Origin: Octopus bimaculoides
Taxonomy: Eukaryota
Assembly: GCF_001194135.2 (NCBI RefSeq)
Contig: NC_068994.1
Span: 48,069,548 to 48,133,547, forward strand
Direction of reading: 5' to 3'
DNA length: 64,000 nucleotides
Positions 48,201 through 60,941 of this stretch are shown in pieces. The notes beneath the pieces were generated by a model. It saw only the letters and a list, made by a program, of their open reading frames with translations, ran no database searches and was not told the origin of the DNA. Every line of letters starts with the position of its first letter. The stretch's first letter is position 1. Made by a program: the position numbers and the translations under genes.

Positions 48201-51200
48201 TATACGACATGACACCCTGTCTGATTCTCTGAATTAACTAACCAAGAAGGATCACTAACCGGTTGTATCAGATACTGGAGCCGATCTTAGACTTACCGGA
48301 GCTAAAGTAATTCTTTATACAAGAGCGTCGAAGTATAAATGTTTATTTAGCCTGGATTTTTGGCTAGTCTTTCACTTAGCTGAAATAGCGCATCTGCTCA
48401 CGCCACGACTACAGGACACTTGACAGATGTTACTACTCCGGGTCTGAGTAGACCTGGGTCCAAAGTGGTTAAGAGGTGGTTCCCACTTCCGGGCGAAGGT
48501 AAAGAATACGCACACGCGATGTTTAGGGTTACGCCAAAAACGGATGGTGTACGTATTCTTTACCTCAGCCTCACGACCGAAGGTAGTTTAGCGTCATACC
48601 CAATGTTATAAATAAAGTTATCGAATATATATGTAAACAACGTTCAGTCCAAAGTAGAAGTTACCACATGGAAAAGATATACTACATCCACTCAACTTCA
48701 AATAAACGATCATTTTACAGAACTGAGCGTTTTACGATATATTCTATAGACATAAAACAACACACTGAATATCGCAGTATATATTATTACATCTTTCGGG
48801 GAAAATTGTAAAACCGGCGCTTTCGAAGAAAAGTACCTTGTGATATTTGTTCCACCTGAATTGCTTGAACATTCAGTCAGTAAGCTAGTCGTGGTTAGCT
48901 CGCTAGAAACGACGCTATTGTCCACAAGGCTAAATATTTTGAGGAAGATATATTTTCAGTTAAATCACCCCACAATACTGGTGCTTATTTTAAAGGTAAG
49001 GGTAGATGGGACACAATAAGTAAGATTTACTGCATTTTTGTCTGAGAAAAAAATATTTTTTACAAAATTTTCACTACCTTACAAAAACTATGTCAGCTAA
49101 GCAAACGACCTTCTCTAAATGCATTAAAACCACTATAACATAATCTAACCACAATTTCAGAAAAGTATCTCCATTCTTTTTGAGCAGGGATGTCCAACCT
49201 TTTTTCCTAGTGGGCCAAATTATAAGTTTAAGTATATTCACCGGGCCACAAAGGTACTTAGATATAAACTTTTTAAAAATTCAAAATATAGTGAATAAAA
49301 TTAACATTAACCAAATTTTTTAATAACAAATATAAATACAAAATAATATGTTATTGACAGTAAAAATAAAATTACACTTACACAAAATAAAATCAAAGTG
49401 ATTTTAGGCATTGCTTTCTTGTTATGATATTCTCAATATCTGCTATTATGGTACTAATCTTTACTCTAAGAATGTTAGTTAAATGGCAATCACTCAGCCT
49501 ATTTCTTTCAACAGATATAAACCGTATTACTATGTTGTATTGTACTTTAAAAATAATGCTGTACACTCCAATTTGTCTGAGGGAGACGTAAAATAGGTTT
49601 CACTCCACCCCAACCTCATGGTTGAATAGTTAAACGTATGAAAGGTGTCTAGATCTAAACAAAAATAGTCAAATAAAAAACAAAAAGCAAAACAAAAAAA
49701 ACAACATCCCAGCCATGCTACCAAGGAAATGAATGCACACACATTATATAAAAAAAAAATCTATATTCCATCAAAGTGGGAGTCAAATAAAAATAAAACT
49801 TACCATGTTAGCAATTGCAGAAAACCATCCAGTTTGTGGTTCTGAATTTTTAGTCTGATATTCTCTGCAAAAATATGACAAAGAAAAGAATTAATGTGAA
49901 AAATAAATAGAAATATTAATAGCATTTGTGAAGTTCAGATTATTTTACATCATATGTTGTTTTTACAAGTTCTTATAAGTATGCATGTACGTATGTATGT
50001 ACATACATTCATGCATGTATGTACGGAACACATCCCTGTGAACTGAAGATATACCCCAACACATCGTTTTCACCATCTTCTCTCTCTCCTTTTCAAACTG
50101 GGGTAGCCATGTATCACCTCTACAGCAAGACACCTGCTTCTCTTCCTCTATCATTACCTGGCACAATGCCACCTCCCTTAATACTACTCTCCTCTCAGCT
50201 GAAGGGTCATGTCTTGCTAGTTACTTGGAGACCTCACTGGTGCCGGTGTCACATAAAAAGCACTCAGTTCACTTTGTAAAGTGGTTAACATTAGGAAGGA
50301 CTTCCAGTCAAAGAAACCATGCCAAAGCAGACAGCAAACCTTGGTGCAGTCTTCTGGTTTGCCAGCTCCTGTCAAACTGTCCAACCATGCCGGTATGGAA
50401 AATGGATATTAAATGATGATGATGAAGAAAGAAAGAAAGGAAGGAAGGAAGGATGGATGTTTAAATGATTAAAGTAATATTAGATATTGAATTCATGTTA
50501 TTCTTTTTCTCACACATGAGTATTTCTAGTTAAATTTTCGACACTCACTACATTGAATATGTTAATAACTAATTTAACTATAAACACAACATGACAACAT
50601 GCACATAAGCCAGTAATTAAGATAGAATTTATCCACTATACCTGTTGAAGTCTGTAAGAGATGATGAAACCACCTGAGCATAACCCTGCAACAAAAGCAA
50701 GATAGGATGAGTGAGGAGGGGCAATAAGAGTGGTAAGGAGGACATTCTACATGTTGACACACCACTGAATAAAATTCCTTCAATGTTCAAATTCAACAGC
50801 TAGGCTTACAAATATACACATATATTCTAACTTTTCTACCTTGCACAAAGCTACTTCCTGTAGTTCTACTCCCTCTCCTAGCTAAGAGGGTTTTTTTTTG
50901 TCTTGCAATTTACTTGGCAACCCTACTGATGTTGGTGCCACATAAAAAGCACCCAATGCACTCTGCGGAAAGAGCATCCAGTCATAAAAACCATGCCAAA
51001 ACAGACAATTGGAGCCTGGTGCAGCCCTTCAGCTTGCCAACTCCTTAATGAAGTAGAAGACTAGAAGAATCACTGAAAATGACATTACAACAGTACTGCA
51101 CATCAGATTTTAGGTTGAATTTAAATTGAACATTTTAACATTGATTATGCTTTCTCTATTATAAAATCTGCTCCAGTGCCTTAGTAAAAGAAAATGATTT

Positions 51201-53854
51201 TTTTCTTTTTTATTAGCATAGTGATGTCTAACTACTTGGGCAGAAGACTTAGAAAGTCTACCATAAAGGATATAATAATACTTATGGTCACCAGATGGCT
51301 GTTTAATTTTAACAAGGGGAACTTAAAACTTTGCTAGTCAGAAAGAAGACTATTTTCTGGTTAAAGAACACATTTTCAATTCAACAGTCTAGAAATTTGT
51401 TTTCAGCAAATGTTTGGTGGCAGTTAAAGAAGAGGAGGAAGGAATGAAAATGGAGAGGAAATATATACTTACAGTCAAAGCTAGTTCATCATCTAGAATG
51501 GATAATTTCACAATGTATGGATTAGCAGACTGAAAGAGAAAAACATAGCTTTTGATATAATGAGTTCAAATTTAGACACAGGGCCACCGATTTTGAGGGG
51601 AGGGGTAAGTTGGTATCATCAACCCCCAATATTTGATTGACTCTTTATTTCTTGACCCACAAAAGGATGAAAGGCAAAGTTGGCAGAATTTGAACTCAAG
51701 TTACAAGAGCATAAACAAACCAACACCAGTTGTCAAAATGGTTGGAGACAAACACACACACATGTATATATAATGAGCTTCTTTCAATTTCCATCTGACA
51801 AATCCATTCACAAGGCTTTGGTCAGCCTGAGGTTATAGTAGAAGACACTTGCCTAAGGTGCCACACGGTGGGACTGAACTTGAAACCATGTGGTTGGGAA
51901 GCAAACTTCTTAACACACAGCCATGCCTGCATATACAGGTTTTAATGCATATACATACACATACATTGGTAAATTATTAATGTTTAGTGCAAAGAAAATG
52001 TTTAAAAGTTCATGTTCACTTTGAATATGAGAGAGAGAGAGAGAGAGTTCCAAAGGGATAAAGTTTGGGGAAAGACAATGAATTGATGGAGGAGGAGAAA
52101 ATGTTTAGTAAAGAGTGATTAAACAAATAACAAAATAACAAACTAGAGAAACAGATTGAGGGAAAAGCAGTTGGTGGAATGTGGAGACAAATGACAGGTT
52201 ATTTCCTGCTACAAATAAGTGAAATCTGCCAGCATGAGTATATTTGATGCCCACTTAGTCACATAAATAGGAGTATAGCTAGATGCTGGTCTAACTTACT
52301 TCATATTTTCTGTATTGCACCAATAACGTTAGAAGCAAAACAGCATCATAGCCAAGGGTTGGTCGATAAATGGAATTGCCCAAAATCTGTAATATTAGAC
52401 ATTTAAAAAAGAAAAGTCTGAGTAAAATTTCATTAAACAATTAAAAATTAACAAAATTAATGTTGCTAAATATCTTAATGTAATAATCCAGAGGTGGGAA
52501 TCCACACACTGCAGAGAAGTGCCCCTCTGCAAAGAGTAAGAATAATGCCAATCAATGATTAACAATAGGACATTCCCTATTTGTCCTGTCTTGGATGTCT
52601 GAAAATGCTTGTTCTCATTTTGGTCAAATTGCAATTCTCTCTTCTGGTGTCTTCCAGAATATAATCCAGGACATTCACTAATTATAAAGAAATTATAATA
52701 GTCAGTAGTAGTAGTAGTAGTAGTAGTAGTCAGCAACTTACCAAAATAAGGGATTCAAAGACACAATTGATGAGAATATATTCTAGCATAGTGTTCTGGG
52801 AAATGTTATCGGTAGCCTGAAATGATATAATGGTAAGACATTTTACACCATTACACAGAAAGAATACACTGAAGCATGTTTTATCTCATTATTTGTTCTT
52901 TTTCAAATATTTTGCCATATGAACTCTTCCATTACCTCTCACCCAGTCACAGTCATCCTTCCTCAGCACATGACCCAGCCATATCATCCCATTTCTCTTC
53001 AAAAACACCCATCACTGGCTATTCCTATCATTCTCTACTGTCCTCTCTCCCAGTGATACTCTGCTCATCCACTGAACCATTCTCATTTCTGTCCCTTCCA
53101 GCCTTTTCTATTGCTCTCAGTATATTGCCTATGCCTCAAGAAGATCAAGCAATAAAAACAACAAAAAAAAAAACCCAATCCTTTCATTTTTGTGATCCTA
53201 TTTATAAAGACCTGACTGTTATGTTGAGCAGGTGAAGTAACAATGTAGAAAACTCCTACTTCAGTTTGAGGCCCCCCCCCCCCCATGTGCTGTAGTGATT
53301 ATATATGACTTTATGTGATACACAAATATCAAGCAATGAAAGAAAGAAAAACAATCTGTTAAGACAGACTTACTGTGGCAAGAACAAGAAGCAGCTTCAA
53401 GGATAACTGTTTGAGACTCATGGAAAAGTCTCCAGTGAGAAACTTGTTTAAGCTTTCTACCAATGACTGTAAAGATGATACAGGAAATGATACATTTTTG
53501 AGTTTATTATAGATACAATTATAGATGAACAGAAATACAAGTGTGAGAACACACACACAATGTTTGAATAGATTGGATACAAAAGGATACAAATTTAGAG
53601 GATGGAAACATAGCTGATTACATTGACCCAGTATTTAACTGGTTCATAATTTATTAACGCAGAAGCTTGAAAGATAAAGTTGACCTCTACACAGGATTTA
53701 GATCAGAACTTAACAACAACAAGCATTTTAACAGTATTTTCTTGGAACAAGACAATTTGGTTCAGCTGATTAGACATTCAGCCTGTTTTGGTACTGGAGG
53801 TAAACAAACATACACACATGTAGAAATATACACATACAGATAGAAAGAGCAAGA

Positions 53855-53886
<32 letters not shown>

Positions 53887-54644
53887 GGTAGCAGGGAAGA
53901 AGAACACTTACTTGCATCAACGTTTCGGCCATATCAAAGCCAATTAGAATGTTAATGATATCAAATCCATAATTATTGCGAGTCTTCCGGAATACTCCAC
54001 GTATCAATGCACACAATGTCTACAATGATGAAAACAGCATTCTGAGAACTGAATAAGATAACATACACATTTTATCCTTGCTCTACCTCAAAACTGTTTG
54101 TGTTCACTGCCACTTCAACCAGAACAGGTTCAATTAACAAATCATAACTTCAGTTGTTTACACACACACACACACACAAATGTTACAACTTAGAAAAGAA
54201 ATATAATGATAGCACTCAATATATGTTGCATACATACATTTTTATTGGCATCTAGTGATAGATCTGAAATAAATCTACAAAGTCTAAATTGTGTCTGTCT
54301 AACATTTACAGTGATTTACACTGATTAGTGAGATTTAAAAAATTTTTTATACATTCATTTTGTGAGTAGCCGGATGGCTTGTAACATTTAAGTTGGAAAT
54401 ATAGTGGATACCAGAGCATGTTTCAGTGGTTTATTTCCCGTCATCAATACTGAGAGAGAGAGAGAGAAAGAAAGAAAGAATGTGTGTGCGCGTGATTTTA
54501 TATCTATATATGTATATAAAAATCACACACTCTATATATCATCATTATTTAACGTCTGTTGTCCATGCTGGCATGGGTTGGATGGTTTGACCAGCTCTGG
54601 CAAGCTGGAGAGCTTCACCAGGTTCCAATCTCATTTGGCATGGT

Positions 54645-54682
<38 letters not shown>

Positions 54683-57600
54683 CATCCTGCCAGTACTGGT
54701 ACCATGTAAAAAGCACCCAGTACATTCTGTAAAGTGGTTAGTATTAGGAAGGACATCCAGGTGTAGGAACCATGCCAAAACAGACAATTCTCTGGTTTGC
54801 CAGCTCCTGTCAAACTGTCCAACCCCTGCTAGCATGGATAATGGATGTTACATAATGATGATAATGATGATGATATATGGTCCAAACATATAACTGTCAA
54901 TGGGTCAGGCTACTTAGTAGTTAGTAGATACCACAGAGTGGAAAGACTCATTACTACGAACAGTGGTAGCACTATGAAAGCTGCAGAGAGTTCCATTAAC
55001 TTACATTGCTGAATTTAGATAGTCCTTTGGACATCATATATGACATAAGTGCCTGGCAATTAATTTAACCCTTAATTACGTGAGAGTGGGTTCAAAAACC
55101 ACCTGAAAGTAAGTCTTTCAAGTAATTACTAACCAAAGAGAGAACTTTATACATGGTCCATGTATTAGCTAAAAATAGCAGACAAATCTCCCACAGAACA
55201 CACCCTATTGTCTTCAAGAGACGGTAGACACATTAGACAAAGTAGTTTAACATAAACTTTCTAAAATAAAAATGTGATGGTCACAGACGGAGTGTCTTTG
55301 ACCACAGGAACTGCTCAATCAGGGCCAATCTAGAACTAAACAATAAAAAAACAATTAGTCACTTACATGGATTGCATTCACCACTCGAAATGGTGCTGTC
55401 TGCTGTTTTAATGTCTCCACACATTTATAAAACCAAAGATTGATATTGTCCTGCAATGCAAATAGACATATTAACACAGTTTTTGTCTCCCTCTTCTGCA
55501 AATAATTAATTTTAAGCATTAAAAGTTTTTTTTAAATTACTGTTTAGGTTTGTGATATAGGATTCATACACAACTGAGGGTGGATGGACTGCTTAATGGT
55601 GTGTTAATAGGAAATGGACTAATAAACACACACACTTAATAGGAAATGGACTAATGGCTTAATAGGAAATGGATGCCCTTCCTAATGCCAACCACTCTGA
55701 GAGTGTAATGGGTGCTTTTACATGCCACCAGCATGGGTGCCATTTGTGTGACACTGGTATCTGCCAAGACAGCGATTTCGCTCAGCTTGATGGGTCTTCT
55801 TCTCAAGCACGACATAAGAAGACCCATAAGAAGGCCGAGCATATTTCAGAATTACCCAAATCTGAGATTGTCATCCATTATGTCAATGATAACTAAATAA
55901 AACAGTGCATCCATATTATCTCAATGATAATTAAGTATAACAGCTCAGTAATAATATACAATACCTTCAGTGAAACCAAAGCATCTTCATTCAACTTGTC
56001 AAATTCTGCCTCAATATAGGAAGACTTGACCTGGAAAAAAAAATACCAAGTATTACAGGTGATGTAGCAGTACTGGTGTGGTGTTGATGATGATGATAAT
56101 GATGTGTTTGGTTGTGGTAACTGTAAGAATTTTGTAATGATGACGACATGAATAATTGCGGTTGTTATAGCAATATTGTGGTGATGTTGATAATAATCGT
56201 CATCAATGTATAAATATTTGTGGTCAATATGGTGACATGATGATGATGATGATAGGTGCAAACATGGTTGTGTGGTTAGGAAGTTTGTTTCTCAACCACA
56301 TAGTTTCAGGTTCAATCCCATTGCATGGCATCTTGGGCATGTGTCTTCTACTATAATTTTGGGCTTTATGAGAGGATGTGGTAGACAGAAACTGAAAGAA
56401 GCCCTTAACAAGTAAGTTAGTAAGTAAGTATGTATGCATGCATGTGTGTCTATTTAACCTTGTCTTGATATCATGATAGTTGCAAATGTGTGTTATACTA
56501 CCATCACACAAGTAGTGTTATTCGTTTCCAGTTCTCTGTGAAAATGTCCAAACAATGGTGAAAATATTACCTTGCTTGGAAACAGGTGAGGGTTGGCAAC
56601 AGGAAGAGCATCTGGCCACAAAAATCTGTCTGCTCCATACAAGCATTATTATTATTATTATTATTATTAAGGTGGTGAGCTGATTGAATTGTTAGCACAC
56701 CAGGTGAAATGCTTAGTAGCATTTTGTCTGTCCTTATGTTCTGGGTTCAAATTTTGTTGAGGTTGACTTTGCCTTTCATCCTTTTGGGGTCGATAAAATA
56801 AACACCAGTTACGCAGTGTGTGTATGTGTGTGTGAGCAGGGAGGGGGATCAATGTAAAATTTCAAGCCTTGTGCCTATAGTAGAATGGGTTATTATTATT
56901 ATTATTATTATTATCATTATTATTAGTGTAAAGACATTCAAGCGAGATCGTTGCCAGTGCCGCCGAACTGGCTCCTGTGCAGGTGGCACATAAAATACAC
57001 CATTTTGAGTGTGGCCATTGCCAGTACCGCCTGACTCGCCTTTGTGCCGGTGGCATGTAAAAGCACCTACTATACTCTCGGAGTGGTTGGCGTTAGGAAG
57101 GGCATCCAGCTGTAGAAACTCTGCCAAATCAGATTGGAGCCTGGTGTAGCCATCTGGTCCACCAGTCCTCAGTCAAATCGTCCAACCCATGCTAGCATGG
57201 AAAGCGGACGTTAAACGACGATGATGATGATGATGATTAGTATTGTTATTAAAATATCAATCAAGAACTGAGGCCACTTAAGTCAGCTAAACCTTCCTCC
57301 AATTTCTGGTTTTGTACAATGTTAGGAATTATAATGTGCGAGGGCAGTGAAGTGTCACATTCAGAACAGCACTTGACAAAACACCTTGCAATATTTAGAT
57401 ATGTTGCCATATATTCTGAGTTCAAATCTGATGAGGATCCTGCCCAAGAATCAATGTAAAATGTATATACTAATTAGCAGGTGTGGCTGTGTGGTTAGAA
57501 GTTTGCTTCCTGACAACATGGTTCTGGGTTTGGTCCCACTACATGGAACCTTGTGTAAGTTGCTTTGGGTCAACCAAATCATTGTGAGTGGATTTGGTAG

Positions 57601-58794
57601 GAGGAAACTGAAAGAATCCCGTCGTGTGTGTGTTTGTGTGTGTGCATATATATGTGTATTTGTGTTTGTCCTCTATCACCACTTGACAACCAGTGTTGAT
57701 GTGTTTGTCTTCCAATAACTTAACAGTTCAACAAAAGATACAAACATAATAAGTACCAGGCTAAAAAAAAAATACTGGGGTTGATTCATTTGACTAAAAC
57801 ATGTACAAGAATAAAAGAATAGTTGTTGTTTATTCCAAGTTCATTGCTTATTGAACAGACCTATGGTCAAACGATGACCATCCCATCTTTATATATACAA
57901 CTACTGCTTGTTCAATGCATCCTTCCTTTCTTTAACCCATATATGCCCATAAAAAAATGAAGTCTTAAAATTTCACTGTATTTAGATAAAACGTTACGGT
58001 AAGCTTTCACAATCTGGAAGAGAAGGACAGTATGCCACTTTTAGCTATGGGTGTCGACTCCCTACCGAACATTTTGTATGCTCAGTCAGATGCTTCTTGG
58101 AGAGTTCATGTCTAAACAAGTAGGTGCAGGTTTTGCATTGTGACAACGCAACCAGGGGTATATATATGTGTTAAGATAGATGAGTATGATTCAAGGTGGG
58201 GGTAAAGAAATTTGGCTGCTTTTTCTGGCACACTGAGCAACCACACAGAGACTGCTTTATAGGCATGTATCAGTTAAATACTATGTCTGGTAAAATCGAT
58301 TGTATCCTTGTACTTCAGATACAAATCAATAACACTTAACTTAGAACTGTTAACACTGAATTTCTTATAAAGAACAGCACAAACAGACGAAAATAATAGT
58401 AAGTAATAACGTGTATCACTACAAAAATTCAAAGTCCATTAGATAGAGATGAAATGCCAACAACAACCATTGATTATAAAATATAATGGCTGACCTTCAT
58501 GGATAGGCTCATATTACAAAGAAAGAGCAAGGAAAATAAATAACTCTACCAAGTACAACATTGAAAGTTGTCAAATTCTGCTAAGAGGAAAGTAGTCAAA
58601 AATGTAGGTCAGATTTGTCAGTGCTTTCAAATTTATCAATGGGTTGGCCAAAAATTTAGTTTACATCTCAAAAATTACTTCAAACCATTCCACTAAAGCA
58701 GACAGACACACTTGAGTGTTGAAACACTATAAAGTTAATGAGGGAAGGAGGTACAGTTTCAATATTCTATATATATAAATAAATATATAAATAA

Positions 58795-58851
<57 letters not shown>

Positions 58852-60101
58852 TACATATATATATTTACACACACACACACACACACAAATTACTTGTTTG
58901 TTTTTAAGTGTTATTCTTTGTAGGTATCATCAACATCACCAATAATGGAAAAGTAATGTTTCAAATCAGTCCCAAAATGTTTCTATGCATGTTCAATTTG
59001 GAGATGAAGTCTTTCAGCAGGATGTTCAAAGCATTTTCATTGCATCTCTGTCTCCAACTTTAGGGGATGTGCTTGCACTCCCTGCATCTCTGTTTTCCTA
59101 AGCCTATGATCAACTCATGCATACAAGAGAAGAGGTTGTACTGAAATAGCTGGGGGAAAGGGTACGATGTACTGATAGTGGATGGTATTTATTTCAGAAG
59201 AAGGCCAAGAGAGACAGAGGAAGATATGGTGAGGTTAGGTTTGATGATTTCGGATCTCACAAACACAAGGATGACAGGATTGAAAGGTTTGCTAACATAC
59301 CATGCTGCAAACACAACCAAACTTGTACTAACATATTAACACAATGATGATGAAACTGACAAAGAGGCAATTCACTCAATGACTTCCTTTGGTTAAATAA
59401 TTTTCTCTCTCCTGCTGCAAAAATATAAGAAAGATTTATGCAAGAGAGAAGTGCCTATAAACTCAACAAGTCAGAGATTAAACACGACTTACTTTTAACA
59501 AAAATAATTCATCCCAAAAGTTAGGGTTGCCTGTTGAAGGGTCTTCAAGCTAAATAAATAAATAAATAAATAAGAAATATATATTGATGTTTGTATTTTT
59601 ATATCAAGTTTTATATAAAAGCAATTTAACCTTAAACTGAAGGATTACTCAATGCGTTTTTGCAGCATGGATATTTATTAAATTTTTAATAAAGAAGAGG
59701 GGTGACAGTGATTTTGAAGTTACAGCATTTAACAAAATATAGATTAATCAGGGAAGAAGGGCCAGAGTCCATGATATTTACAAGCCTTCCTAGGTTGGTG
59801 ATATTGTGGTTGAAACCTAACCTACAAATAACATTTAAAACAACAATATCAATAGCATTATAAAGCACAACTCAGAGAAAGATTTATATAAGGCATAGGT
59901 GCAGGCTACTCAACTATGCTCGACTCATGCAAGTATGGAAAAGTGGATGTTAACAGGCGATGATGGTAATGAACTCACCTGAAAGAAAGCTTCATATATC
60001 TGGACAAATTTCTCTTTGAGAGGGATCTTGTTGGTAGAACCTCTGCGTAGTAGTACAGATGATGAACTCTGTTCTTTCATGGTGAGTGCTTCTTGTGACA
60101 T
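34922..60101 (-). CDS. ARMH3: Armadillo-like helical domain-containing protein 3 (C10orf76/UPF0668), 26 coding exons, 692 aa
   Basis: Exons: 60101-59979, 59549-59493, 56030-55965, 55450-55367, 54019-53912, 53466-53374, 52816-52742, 52386-52300, 51529-51473, 50685-50642, 49864-49804, 47294-47248, 46946-46871, 45313-45238, 43910-43809, 43291-43233, 43001-42936, 42825-42756, 41297-41237, 39739-39651, 38851-38769, 38216-38090, 37671-37596, 36950-36872, 35839-35723, 35017-34922; total 2079 nt, continuous frame. Diagnostic peptides: [118 protein letters not shown] second in-frame ATG lies at 60080. Confidence 0.96.
35106..35306. mobile_element. piggyBac-like MITE, second copy (internally deleted)
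   Basis: TTAA-CCCTTTAG...AGGG-TTAA; body alignable by eye to 14911-15260; partial third copy ~25575-25728 ending AAAGGGTTAA. Confidence 0.75.
37953..38045. repeat. (AACC)n imperfect microsatellite
   Basis: Direct reading. Others: (TAAA)n ~3488-3515, (GA)n 13087-13130, (TAC)n ~16670-16695, (AAT)n ~22624-22659, (TAG)n ~52703-52730, (TA)n/(CA)n ~58770-58890. Confidence 0.9.
44686..45142. mobile_element. DNA transposon/MITE with perfect 30-bp TIRs spanning an assembly gap
   Basis: GGACTATATGTAATCTGAACCTTTCCCCCC (44686-44715) is the exact reverse complement of 45113-45142; interior mostly N. Confidence 0.8.
45550..45737 (+). mobile_element. SINE-like family A with (GAT)n RTE-type tail
   Basis: Core GGCGTTAGGAAGGGCATCCAGCTGTAGAAAC...GGACGTTAAACGATGATGATG. 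Near-identical copies at 56940-57237 +, 63815-64000 -, 4078-4221 -; older copies at 9300-9510, 15960-16145, 23868-24180, 24480-24640, 50220-50425, 54680-54870 (+) and 22370-22560, 54541-54648, 55660-55830, 61920-62090 (-). Confidence 0.85.
48486..48582 (-). ncRNA. Candidate pre-miRNA-like hairpin in ARMH3 intron 11
   Basis: 19-bp stem 48497-48515/48547-48565 with one position that is G-U only on the - (host) strand; imperfect extension inward and outward. Not a miRNA I recognise. Confidence 0.25.
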
Positions 60102-60117
60102 GACAGAGCAGTCAGTT

Positions 60118-60340
60118 TTATGGTCACTAGCTGAAATATAGAAGACATAACTGAATGTAAGGAAGGACGTAACAGAGAGATCAGTAGGTGAATATAGATT
60201 ATGATATTGTAGTATATCACAATATAGGTTATGATAGAGTGGACAGTTATAGTCAATAGTGTTAGTCTTATGGTTCTCAGCTGAAATAAAGAAGACAGGG
60301 AAAGTGAGTCTTATGGTCACTAACTGAAGTATAGACGTTA
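60118..60340 (-). repeat. Three degenerate copies of a ~28-bp acceptor-like unit
   Basis: TTATGGTCACTAGCTGAAATATAGAAGAC (60118), TTATGGTTCTCAGCTGAAATAAAGAAGAC (60268), TTATGGTCACTAACTGAAGTATAGACG (60311). Confidence 0.8.
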
Positions 60341-60755
60341 CACAGGGTCTTATTCATAATTCCTGCACCAACATATAATAACCATTAGTTGACAGAGGCA
60401 TGGTTTTCTCTTTTTGGCTTGTCTACCCCTGCTACTTTGAACTACAAATCTGTACACCACATCCATCCAGACACACTTGACTAACTCATCTCTCTCTCTC
60501 ACTACTTGGATTTGAAACTAAAGACTTTTCCAATTCTTTCCTTTCTTTTCAAAAATACAGCCCTACTGAATTCCCTCCTTGTTTGCATTGAGTTTCTTCA
60601 GACTGGGAGGATCTGCAAAACTCATGTGTCTAAAAAAAAAAAAAAAAAAAATTCTTGCAAATTTAAAAATTATATAATAAAAGGTCATTTCTTCAGAGAG
60701 AGATGAAGTTATGGTTGATTGAATAAATCTTGATATATTACAGGTCTTTATTTAA

Positions 60756-60941
60756 TCCTTTTGTTACCATAATTCTGTTAAAATACAGTGGGTTTGTTCA
60801 GTTAAATTTGAAAATAACAAAGAATTTAATATAAAATTGATATTATAAAACTGGGGTTAACATGCAATTTAAAACTCTTTAAAACAGGGAATTTGTATAA
60901 CAGAACAAGGGGCACTTTCAAGTGGGTTGGTATCAAAAGGA
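60756..60941. mobile_element. Degenerate piggyBac-like MITE, second subfamily
   Basis: Left TTAA then TCCTTTTGTTACC; right GGTATCAAAAGGA (12/13 inverted match); related internal sequence in reverse at ~47370-47600. Confidence 0.55.

Noticed and set aside
58960-59330. Possible LINE/PLE endonuclease remnant ([10 protein letters not shown])
   Set aside because: Too short and interrupted to support a call.
6393-60101. U12-type introns in BRD8 or ARMH3
   Set aside because: All mapped donors were read; none has GTATCCT/ATATCCT.
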